DNA from: Mobula hypostoma
Lineage: Eukaryota
DNA length: 64,000 nucleotides
Direction of reading: 5' to 3'
Assembly (NCBI RefSeq): GCF_963921235.1
Contig: NC_086097.1
Location: 222,024,001 to 222,088,000, forward strand
Shown here piece by piece: positions 1 to 12,100 of the stretch (positions are counted from its first letter, which is position 1; every line of letters starts with the position of its first letter). The translations under genes were made by a program, and so were the position numbers. The notes beneath the pieces are model-generated. The model did no database searches. It worked only from the letters and a program-made list of their open reading frames with translations, and was not told where the DNA came from.

Positions 1-1044
1 AATCAGCCACTGCTCTATGCATGCTGGTATCTTTCCTGTTATACAATGGGCTCTAACTTGTTAAGCAGTCTCAAGTGCGGCACCTTCTTCAGATTACTAT
101 CTGGACAGCTTTCCTACTCTCTGATGTACTCAGTGTGGAGTTGCAGATTCCAGCACATCAACTCCAAGTTAAAGTTTTCAGATCTACGGCGAATCTTGTT
201 GTTGTGGATTCCATCAACTGCCATGGCTGCAAACCATCACCTGCCTCCTGATGTACTCCTCTCAAATTAATTTCTATATTTAATTGAATCACCTTTGTTT
301 AGTTCTGTTGTTGTCACTGAATGCTGCACGCAGAGACAGCAAAGAGTCAACCACAGGGATGGGTCTGGAGTCACAAGGGAACAGAAATAGTATGGATGGC
401 AAATTTTCTTCCCTGAAAAATGTGAACCTGGTGTATTTTAAAATAACTCAATAGCTATATGGTTGCAAATACTAATTAAGCTATCCCGATTATTTTTATT
501 TGAATTTAAATTCCCCAATAGCCTTGGGGATATTCAGTTCCGTGTCTCCAGATCGGTACAGGCAGAATAACCACTCTCTGACTGTACTCTATAGTGGTCT
601 CTACTAGCTGTCTCCAGAAAGTTTGTACAGAGTGGAAATATGGACGATACGTAAGACATCAGTGCAGAATTAGACCATTCAGCCTATTGTGTTTGCTCCA
701 CCATTCAACCGCGACTGATTTATTTTCCCTCCCAATCCCACTGTCATGCCTTCTCCCATAACTTTTGATACCCTTACTAATCAAGAACCTAAAGTCTCTC
801 TAGCTCCTTGTCCCTTTCCACATTCTACACTTGAGACTCAGCTATATTACCCCACACATGTGCATTCCCATCTTCTGTGTAGTGACAAGGATTACCCCCC
901 AACTTCACTCAGCAAGTCATGCTCCCCAAACTAAAAGAAATGAGCGAGTTTTAATAGTGCATTGTGAGGCCAACACCCATTTTCTGGAGATCCTTAAATA
1001 TAGTTCTTGCTGTCCTTTGGATGTGAAATTACACTCAAAAGCTT

Positions 1045-2316
1045 CTATAGTTTTACTGCGGACAGCACTCTGACAGGCCGCATCATTATCTGATATGGAG
1101 GGGCTACTGCACAGGACCGAAAGAAGCTGCAGAAGTTTGTAAATCTAGTCAGCTCCATCTTGGGCACTAGCCTACAAAGTACCCAGGACATCTTTAGGGA
1201 GCAGTGTCTCAGAAAGGCAGTGTCCATTATTAAAGACCTCCAGCACCCAGGGCATGCCCTTTTCTCACTGTTACCATCAGGTAGGAGATACAGAAGCCTG
1301 AAGGCACACACTCAGTGATTCAGGAACAGCTTCCTCCCCTTTGCTATCCGATTCCTAAATGGACATTGAAGCTTTGGACACGACCTCACTTTTTAAAATA
1401 TACATTATTTCTGTTTTTACATATTTTTAAACATCTATTCAATATATGTTATTGATTTATTTGTTTATTTATTATTATGTTTTATTTTATTTATTATTTT
1501 TTCTCTCTCTGCTAGATTATATATTGCATTAAACTGCTGCTTCTAAGTTAACAAATTTCACATTAGATTATTAGATTAAATCAGATTATGAGGACACTCA
1601 GTCCTCGATTATTGTCATTTAGTAATGAATGCATTAAAAAATGATACAATGTTCCTCCGGTATGATATCACAGAAACACAAGACAGACCAAGACTAAAAC
1701 TGACAAAAAACACATAATTATAACATATAGTTACAACAATGCAAAGCAATACTGTAATTTGATAAGAGCAGACCATGGGCACGGTTAAAAAAAAGTCTCA
1801 AAGTCCCAATACCCCAATATCTCATGCAGTCAGTAGAAGGGAGAAACTCTCCCTTCCATGAGCTTCCAGCGCCGCAAACTTGCCGATGCAGCATCCTGGA
1901 AGCACCTGACCACAGTCCGACTCTGAGTCCGTCCGAAAATTTCGAGCCTCCGACCAGCCCTCCGACACTGAGCACCGAGCACCATCTCTGCCGAGCGCTT
2001 TGACCCCGGCCCCGGCCGCCAAGCAACAGGCAAAGCCGAGGATTCCGGGCCTTCCCCTCTGGAGATTTCGGATCACACAGTAGCAGCAGCAGCGAAACAG
2101 GCATTTCAGAAGTTTCACCAGATGTTCCTCCGTGCTCTCACGTCTGCCTCCATCAAATCAGAATTGTGCACGGCCTCCTACTTGACAGATTACAGATACT
2201 CATCACTGGAGAGGCCGCACGCGCTGCGTCGCGTCGCCATCTTCTCCTACTGCCAGTGCTGGTTTATTATCACTGGCTCATCACATGCCAGTGATAATAA
2301 ACCTGATTCTGATTCT
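1045..2316 (+). mobile_element. Rex1/Babar-type LINE 3' fragment, interrupted by an insertion at 1564-2280
   Basis: Translates to ...IWYGG..QDRKKLQ...[19 protein letters not shown]...; tail aataaacc(tgattc)n at 2296-2316. Confidence 0.8.
1564..2250 (-). mobile_element. Non-autonomous retroposon, copy A (about 690 bp, AAGATGGCG head, (TAATC)n-like tail)
   Basis: Alignable by eye over its length to 39808-40463; TCACAT duplicated at 1558-1563 and 2281-2286. Confidence 0.85.
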
Positions 2317-3093
2317 AAACTCTATCTGCCCAGAGAACAAGAAAGCTCTCCCTTTATTCTGACTCAACCATTTAACCCCTAAACAACACCATTAACACAA
2401 ATCACTTGATGTTTCTTTGATTTTCTCATCATTGGACCTTGCTAATGAATTTCCAGCATTACTGAGGTGATAATATTTCAAATGTACTTAAATGGCTGTA
2501 ACAGTCATTGCAATGCATTCATAATCTCTATTAAATTGTACTGTCAAATTTTATTACGAGCATCCTCAAAGTTTTAATATATTCTAATCATTTATCACCT
2601 TTCACAAAAATGATCCTTTCTTTTATTTGGCTTAAAGTTCTTTTAGTTCTTTTCTTCATTCTTTTTCTTACCTTTACATCAGGTTTTGAAGTAATAGTTT
2701 GTAACTTATTTTGAATAAAAGTATACATCTAGACTTAGTAAACTCAGACAAAATCTACCCATTAATATTTCTTTCAAGACTTTAGGACTTGAAGTTATTT
2801 AATGTCTTCTCAGAGGTTTAAATTTCAATTGATTTTTTTTTCTGTTCTTAACATGAACCTGGGGAAATTTGTTCTTCTCAAACACAAAACCTTACTTGCA
2901 AATGCAAGATTAATGAAAGATTTCAGCATGCCATTATATTTATGTCAATGTGGTAAACATTCATTAAGTGCATCAAAAATAGGTGTATAATTTTCTGTAG
3001 CATGATAGTATTAAGTTTCAATTATGATTTGAATATGCTGATTATACCAGGACATGTGGTCAGCCCGTGAGCTTAATCCAACCAAATGCATAC

Positions 3094-3164
3094 CATTTCA
3101 TTTTCAGAAACTCTTCACAGACAGGATGATTCAAAAGGTCAACTTGATTGTAATATATCATAGC
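3094..3164 (-). CDS. TRPA1: TRPA1 exon 18, [23 protein letters not shown] (71 nt)
   Basis: ttttag acceptor, GTATG donor, LLNHPVC and MKW motifs. Confidence 0.96.
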
Positions 3165-6100
3165 CTAAAACAAAAAGCACAGAATCAAATTTTAAATTGC
3201 AATAAAGAGTAGCATGCAAAATGTGCATTTGTGTATAACGAAGAGGTGAAACAGTTATCCACTAAGATTTAAGAGCACTTTGCCTTTGAATATACAATGG
3301 ACTTGTATAAGCTATTAAGTCCTTATTGGGGCGGCATAGTAGCATGGTGGTTAGCACAATGGTTTACAGTACAGGTGACCGGGGTTCAATTCCCACTGCT
3401 GCCCATAAAGAGTTTGTACGTTCTCCCTGTGACTGCATGGATTTCCTCCAAGTGCTCTGGTTTCCTCCCATAGTCCAAAGATGTACCTGTTGGTAGGTTA
3501 GTTGGTCATTGTAAATAGGATTAAATCAGGGGGTTGCTGGATGGCATGGTTTGAAGGGCCAGAAAGGCCTATTCCATGCCGTATCTCAATAAATAATAAG
3601 TTAAATGTATTAGTAATTTGGCAGATAAAATCTGTTCTGTTCACCACATCCTAGATGTTTCAGTTAGCTTGCTTGGTCCTGATGAAGTGTCTTGGACCAA
3701 AATGCTGACTCTTTATTCCTTTCCATAGATGCTGCTTGACCTGCTGAGTTCATCCAGCATTTTGTGTGTGCTACTTTGGAATTCCAGCATCTGCAAAATC
3801 TCTTGTGGTTATAGTTTTGTTACAGTTGATTCTCAATGATGACATGATTCATAAATAATTCAAAACTTTAAGAAAAGCTTCCAGGTTGTTTGTGAAATTC
3901 TTCAGTCAAGTGCCAAACCTTCATTCGACACAAACCTTGTGACCGCGCTGTCTTCTAGGGGCCATGCACCAGGACTGTGGAGGATTGGGTGCAACTCAGG
4001 AACTGGCTGCTATACAAGGTGTAGCTTTGCCATTGTCGTGGCTGAAAGTTAATGCTGTTCACCAGGACAATGAGATTAAAGTAAGTTTCCTTTGCTAGCT
4101 AAATTAAATGCAACACATGCAAAATGCCAGAGTAAGTCAGGCAGTATCTGTGGAGGGGAATAAATAGTCAATGTTTTGGGCTGATATCCTTCAACAGGAT
4201 TGGATAAACAGTTGACCTTTCAGCCAAGAGCCTTTATCAGTTCTGCCCTCAGTAGATGCTGCCTGGCTTACTGAGTTTCTCCAGTGTTTTATTGCTCAGA
4301 TTTCCAGCATCTGCAGAATCTCTTATGTTTATGATTAGCTAGATCAAATGTTTTCTTGCATCTCTGGTGTCACGCATTATGTAGACATTTTGTGTCTTCC
4401 CTACAGCTCACTCTCTCATTGAGCTTCACATCGTCCCTTTTTATACTAGTTAGAGATCTGAGATTGGGAACACTGGTGTTGCAACTCTTCCTCCATTATG
4501 AACATAAAGAGTGCAGCTTTGCCTTTGTGAGAAAACATTCCTTTAAATTATTTATTATTTATTGTGATACAGCATGGAATAGGCCCCTTTGCACTCCCCT
4601 GAGCCAGACCGCCCACAAATCACCTGATTTTTAATCCTAGCCTAATCACAGGACACCTCCAAGAGGACCATAGCATTGTTACGGTTTGGAGGCTTGCGTG
4701 CCTCGATGACCCAGAGAGCTATGCTGGCTAGACTCTTTGGCTCATGGCAAACAGGTCATAGGATAGGAGCCAGACTAAGAGTGGTCCACTGGTCCTCCGT
4801 GTCTGGGGGTTCAGCTCAGTGCCAACAATCCTGACTGGTCAAACAAAACTGTTACAGAAACAGCAATGAAGAATTCTACATCTGTGTGTGACAGTATTCT
4901 TGAGTCTCCACCCAGGACTTTCATGACTGACAGTAAACCGAGAGGAAGCTATTAACAAGATGAAGGAAGCTGTGAGCGTCGTCAGATGGAGGACGTTCAT
5001 TGCTGTCCTAAACGGCACTGGCGTAACGGGACAAGGAGGAATCATGGGACAATTTACAAAGACCAATTAATCTAGCAACCTGAATACTTATTCAGTTTGT
5101 CCACTACTTTTTGTCTCCTAATACTGCCTCTCCACCATAATTTTCCAATGGTCCAATATCCACTCTCGCCTCTCTATTACTCTTTCTGTATCTGATAAAA
5201 AATTTTGGTATTCTCTTTTATATTATTGCCTAGCTTGCCTTCATATTTCATCTTGTCTCTCTTATGGTAGTTTCAGTTACCTTCTGTTGGCTTTTAAATA
5301 CTTCCCAATCCTCCAACTTCCCACTAATTTTTGCTATATTATATGCCCTCCCTTTTGCTTTTATGCTGTGTTTGACTTCCCTTGTCAGCCACGGTTGCTT
5401 TATCCTCCCTTTAGAGTACTTCTTCATCTTTGGGATGTATCTTTCCTGCACCTTCCAAATTGCCCCAGGAAACTCCAGCCACTGCTGTTCTGCCGTCACC
5501 CCTGCTGATGTTCCCTTGCAATCAACTTTGGCCAGCTCCTCTCCCACGCCTCTGTAATTCCCTTTTTTTCACTGTAATACTGATACATCTAACTTTATCT
5601 TCTTCCTCTCAGACGGCAGGGTGAATTCTATCATATTATATACACTGTATTGAAAGGGTTCCTTAACCTTAAGCTCCCTAATCAAATCAAATTACACAAC
5701 ACCTTATCCAGAATAGCCTTTTCCCTGGTAGGCTCAACCGCAAACTGCACTAAAAAAACAATCGTGTAGGCATTCTACAAATTCCCACCAGGGATCCATC
5801 ACCACCCTGATTTTCCCAATCTATCTACATATGAAGATCCCCTATGACTATTGCAACATTGCCCTTATTACATGCCTTTTCTATCTCACCATGTCCGAGC
5901 TACTGTTCGGAGGCATGTTTGTAACCTTGCAGGTTCTTAACTCTACCCACAAGGATTCTATATTTTCCTGTCCTGTGTCAGCTCTTTCTAAGGATTTGAT
6001 TTCATTTTTTACCAATGGAGCCACCCCACCCCCTCTTTCTACCGGCCTGTCCTCTTAATACAATGTGTACCTTTGGATGTTAAGCTCCCAACTATGATCT

Positions 6101-9100
6101 TCTTTCAGCCACATCTCAGCGATCCCCAAACATAATAGTTGGCAATCCCTAACTATGCTGCAAGATCACCTACCTTATTCCATATACTACATGCATTCAA
6201 ATATAATACCTTCAGTTGTGTATTCATCATCCTTTTCTATTTTGTCCCCATGTTACACTTCACCTTATCCCACTGACTGCAATTTTGCCCTATCATCTGC
6301 CTGTCTTTCCTCATAGTCTTGCTGCATACTGCATTGACTTGTATAACAACTACTCCATCTCAGCCCTATCATCAGTTCCCATCCCCCTGCCAAGTTACTT
6401 TACTTTACTCCCCCCCCCCAAATATTAATGCAAACCTTTCCACAAGGATATTGGACCCCCTAGAGTTCAGGTGTAACCCGTCGTTTGTGTACAAGTTAAA
6501 CTTTTCTCTGAAGAAATCCCTACGATCCAGAAATCTAAAATCCTGTTCCCTGCACCATTTCCTCAGACACTCATTCATCTGTACTGTTATCCTATTCCTG
6601 CCCTGATGAACACGTGGCACTGGGAGCAACCTGGAGATCACTACCTTGGAGGTCCTGCTCTTCAGCCCCTTTCTACCTAGCTCCTGGCCTGTCCTCACAG
6701 TGCAGGACCTCTTCCCCCTTTCTACCTAGCTTCTGGCCTATCCTCACAGTGCAGGACCTCTTCCCCCTTTCTACCTAGCTCCTGGCCTATCCTCACAGTG
6801 CAGGACCTCTTCCCCCTTTCTACCTAGCTCCTGGCCTGTCCTCACAGTTCAGGACCTCTTCCCCCTTTCTACCTAGCTCCTGGCCTATCGTCACAGTGCA
6901 GGACCTCTTCCCCCTTTCTACCTAGCTCCTGGCCTATCCTCACAGTGCAGGACCTCTTTCCCCTTTCTACCTATGTCATTTGTGCAAATTTGTACCACAG
7001 CCTCTGGCTACTCATCCTCCCCTCTTGAGAATCTTCTGTAACAGCCCTAAGACATCGTGGACCCTAGCACCTGGGAGGCAACACACCATCCTGGCATCTT
7101 ACTTTTGGCCATAGAATTCCTTATCTATCCTCCTAACTATCATGTCTACTATAACTATCACTCTGCCTGACTACTCTTCCCTGCTGAGTCTCAGAGATAG
7201 CCACAGTACAACTTTCCTGGCTGCTACTGCTGTGTCCTGATAGGTCATCCCCCAGCAGAATCCAAAGGGGTATATTTGTGCTGAGGGGAATGACCACAGG
7301 GTAAACCTGCACTGACTGTTTGCTCTCTTCACCTCTCCTGGTGGTCACCCATCTACTCTCTGAAGCTTGCACTCTGTGTCTGACCACCTCAGTAAGTGTC
7401 TCATCGATGAGCTTTTCAGCCTTTTGGATGGTCCCGAGTACATCCAGCTCCAGCTCCAGTTCCTTGACCTTGTCAGTCAGAAGCTGCAATTGGGTACGCA
7501 TCCTGCAGAAATAGTCATCAAGGAGATTGCTAGGTACCCTGAAGTCCCATATCTGACAGGAGAAGATTCAATGTAAATTTATTATCAAAGTACATACTAT
7601 ATATGTCACCATGTACTGAGATTCATTTTCTTGTGGGCATACACAGTAAATCCAAGAAACACGATAGAATCAATGAAAGATCGTAACCAGCAGGACAGAC
7701 AAACAGACAATGTGGAAAGGCAACAAGACTGTGTAGATACAAAGGAAATAATAAACACATAAATATTGAGAACATGAGATGAAGAGTCATTGAAAGTGAG
7801 TCCATAGGTTGTGGGAACAAGTGAGGTTGAGTGAAGTTATCCCCACTAGTTCAGAAGCCTGATGGTTGAGGGGCAGTAACTGTTCCTGAACCTGGTGGTG
7901 TGGGTCCTGATGACGATGGCAGCAGTGAGAAGAGAGCATGGTCTGGCTGGTGGGGGTCTTTGATGATGGATGATGCTTTCTTGTGACATCACTCGTTATA
8001 GGTGTGCTCAATGGTAGGGAGAGCTTTACCCATGATGGACTGCACTGTATCCATTACTTTTTATAGGCTTTTCCATTCAAGGGTATTGGTGTTTCCATAC
8101 CAGGCCATGATACAACCCGTCAGTATACTCTGCACTGCACATCTACAGAAGCTTGCCAAAATTTTAGACGAGACACCAAATCTTCGCAAACTTGTAAGAA
8201 AGCGGAGGTGCTGCTGTGCTACCTTTGTAATTGCATTTACTTGCTGGACTCAGGACAGATGATAAAATCTGAAAGGATAATGCCAGGGAATTTCAAGTTG
8301 CTAACCCTCTCCACCTCTGATCGTCTGGTGAGGATTGTCACATGCACGGCTGTTTTCCTCCTGTTGACGTTGATAATCAGCTCTTTAGTTTTGCTGACAT
8401 TGAGAGAGAGGTTGTTGTTATTGCACTGCTCAGCCAGATTTTCAATCACCCTCCTCTATGCTGATTCATCACCACCTTTAATTTGGCCAATGAAAGCGGT
8501 GTCATTAGCAAACTTAAAAATAACATCGGACCTGTGCTTTGCCTCACAGTCATTAAGGTAAAGCAAGTCTGGGCCTTGCGATGCACTTGTGCTGACGGTG
8601 ATCGTGGACAAGATATTGCCAATCCTAACTGACAAGCATCTGCAAGTGAGGAAACTGAGGATCCAGTTGCACAAGGAGGTATTGAAGCCTGGGTCTTTAA
8701 GATTATTGATTAGCTTTGAGGGGAGAATAGTATTAAATGTGAAAGTGTAGTTAATGAAGAGCATTTTGTTGTAAACCTCTTCACTGTCCAGATGCTCCAG
8801 GGTTGAGTCCAATGAAATGGCATCTGCTGTTGACTTCTTGTGATAGTAGGCAAATGGGAGTGGAGCTGAGTTGCTCCTCAGGCAGGACTTGATATGTTTC
8901 TTCTCCGACCTCTCAAAGCACTTCATCGTGGTGGATGTAAGTGCTACTGAACAATAGTCATTGAGCCAGGTTACTACGTTCTTAGGAACCGGTATATCAG
9001 AAGCAACACACACACACAAAATGCTGGAGGAACTCAGCAGGCCAGGCGGTATCTATGGAAAAGAGTACAGCCAATGTTTCACCAGGACTGCCTGAGGGAT

Positions 9101-12100
9101 AACCGAAGCCTGCTTGAAGCAGGAGGATACCACAGACTGCCAGAGCAAGATGTTAAAGTTATCACTGAACACGCCAGCCAGTTGATTAGCACGGGTCTTC
9201 AGTACTTGGCCAGGTATGCCACCTGAGCCATATGCTTTTCATGGGATTACTCTCCTGAAGGATGCTGAGACTGAAATCACAGTGTCGCTGCGGTGCGTGA
9301 GAGTTTGTGAAGTTGCCTCATTTTGTCGGTTAAAGTGAGCATAAAAGAAATTGAGCTAATTGGAATATAGAGTCAGGACGTGTATGGTCATGCCCTTTGA
9401 TAGAAGAAATAAAAGAGTTGACTATTTTCTAAATGGGGAGAAAAATTCAGAAATCTGAGGTGAAAAGGGACTTGGGAGTCCTTGTGCAGGATTCCCTAAA
9501 GGATCATTTGCAGGTTGAGTCAGTGGTGAGGAAAGCAAATGCAATGTTAGCATTCATTTCCAGAGGACTAGAATATAAGAGCAAGGATGTAATGTTGAGA
9601 ATTCATAAAGCACTGGTGCGGCTCACTTGGTGTATTGTGAGCAGTTTTGGGCCCCTCCTCTTAGAAAGGATGAGCTGATACTGGAGAGGGTTCTAATGAG
9701 TTTCACGAAAATGATTCCAGGATTGAATGGCTTGTCATATGAAGAGCGTTTGATAGCTCTGGACCCGTTTTCACTGGAATTCAGAAGAATGAGGGATGAC
9801 CTAATTGAAACCTATTGAATGGTAAAAGATCTTGATAGACTGGATGTGGAGAGAATATTTCCTATGGTGGAGGGTCTAGGACCAGAGGACACAGCCTCAG
9901 AATAGAACAGACATGAGGAGGAATTTCTTTAGCAAGAGGGTGGTGAATCTGTGAAATTTGTTGCCCCTGACAGGTGTGGAGGCCAAGTCCACAGAAATTG
10001 ATAGACTCTTGATTGGTCAGTGCATGAAGGGATACAGGGAGAAGACAGGAGGCTGGGGTTGAGAGGAAAAATGGATTAGCCATGATAAAATGGCAAAGAA
10101 GACTCGATGGCCCAAGTTCTACTACTATTTCTTATCATCTTATGATCTTAAACTGTAATGGGAAGGCCTTTTTCTTCCTCAAATAATTTCAGCTTTGATC
10201 TATGTCAACTTTAAGTATGCAAAATGTTTGTCCAGACCACAATGCTGCATATGTCTAAGCTAAGTACAATTTACTAGGGATTGAACCACTTTCTCAGCAA
10301 TAATATTAACACAGATCCCTGTGGCAGCCCACTAGCAATTATAACAATCAGATCCCATAAATCCAGAACATTTTCTTGTCTGTGAGTTTGCAGCTCTCTT
10401 TTAACCCATCATAGCTATTTTCCTGTTAATTCCAAAGGATTTTGACCTGTAGAGTAATTTGGAAAGAGTTACTGGAATCCATTTAGACAATATAAAGGGA
10501 AACCCAATATTTCAATTAACTGCTAAATATTAAAAATGTACTTACATTTAAAGTTGCTAGGGGTGGATCTTCCACCCGCGCGTCCTCTTTCGCAAGTTTT
10601 CTATACTTAAGTGGACATTGTAGGTATTTGAAGTTATATTCAATCTGCATAGTAGAATTAAACCATTAGGGCTATGTTATTGTTAAAACATGGGCAATCC
10701 TAAATTCCAATAAAATGTTCACTTACTGAGTAGTCTATACTTTTCTTGTCTTCTGAGGATTCTGTCATGCATATGTCCAAAAGACCCTTAAAATGAATGG
10801 AATAGACCCTTACAGAAAGTTGTACATTTTACAAGGTAACACAATGTGATTATCACACTTTACTCAAGCAACAGGGAAAAATTAAAATTTGTAAATAAAA
10901 ACAAAGAATATTAGATATGTGAAAGAGTAAATAGAATGGAATAATAAACTTAGAGTATTAAGGAAGCCAGATTTTGAGGAAGAAGCCTTGTGCGGTGCCC
11001 TTCACAAACATTTCAGAAGGTTATGAAGAACTTTACAGCTAATGATATATTTGTAAGATTATACTGTTTAACATAAGAAAGGATGGGAATAAGTAGACAG
11101 TGAAAGTAAGGAATTAATTATGCAATGTTATAAAATCCCAAAAATGTTTCAATTTGCATTCAATTCAATTTCAGATGTTTTGTCAATTTAAAACCCACAG
11201 AAGCACTAAAAGGCCAAAGTTAATAAAAGCTTGCGGCAGATTAGACTTATTTTGGAGCAGCCTTTTCTATGGACGCGTACAAACAGAAAGAGTGCTTAAG
11301 TCACATTACAAGAATATTTCAAGTGATTTGATAAAATCATTGAGCAGTCTAAAGAATAATGCAATGTCTCAAGATTATTCCAAAAGCTGACTTACAGCAA
11401 AGGCTTCTGGGAGATGTTCAATCATTTCCAGTATCGGGCATTGCATAGAGGAACCATGTACAAAGGCTTGTACAGCTTCATCAAATCTAAAATGAGAAAA
11501 GATAACAAAACTCAAAAAGTGAATCCCACGGCAAACCATTCTGTCTGTTATATGTGCCTTTGAATTAATTATTCTGAGCTTGGTATTGTTCCATTCCCTG
11601 CAGTGAATTATCTAACTGCATTCTGAGTCTCATCTACTCATTCTTGCAAGATCTTTGTTTAAACCGAAATTGTCAAGTCTCCTCTGCATCTTCACTTGTG
11701 TTTGTAATCCCAGGGGTTTTTACGTTAAATATTGTCTACCCAGAGTCACATACATTGCTGAAGTGCCTTAAAATCTCTTCACATTTCCCACTCCCACTTC
11801 ACTCCCGTAATATTTTGGCACAGAATAGGGAGTCAATAGTGTGGATTTGGTAGCAAAATGATTGAGTCATAGTCTGTTCATGACTCTTTGACTATGAGAA
11901 TCTGAGTGATCCCTCTAACAGGAGAGGATAGTGTCGCCACCTCACAAACTCCGACAACAAAAGCACGCACGAGCAATATCATTGGCAGAGAGATGGCAAA
12001 CAGCACTGAGTATGCTCGATCTGGAGGCCATACACAGCGGAACTCGCCTTTTCTTTTTCCACCTAACCCTCACGTTTGAACATTGTTTTGTTCACACTCT

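Noticed and set aside
2672..2728. 57-nt minus-strand pseudo-exon with AG acceptor and strong AAG|GTAAG donor
   Set aside because: No TRPA1 similarity, and joining to exon 18 (TG|A) gives an immediate stop; at most a poison exon, with no support here.
1..3093. Search for TRPA1 exon 19 (xAYG...NL..Y.LGL)
   Set aside because: No matching exon seen; it presumably lies left of the window, so this is not evidence of gene truncation.
3328..3400. tRNA-like A and B boxes
   Set aside because: SINE head without a complete cloverleaf, followed by V-SINE body and tail.
6666..6973. Regular array superficially like CRISPR
   Set aside because: No unique spacers; contiguous 49-bp units inside a CR1 in eukaryotic DNA.
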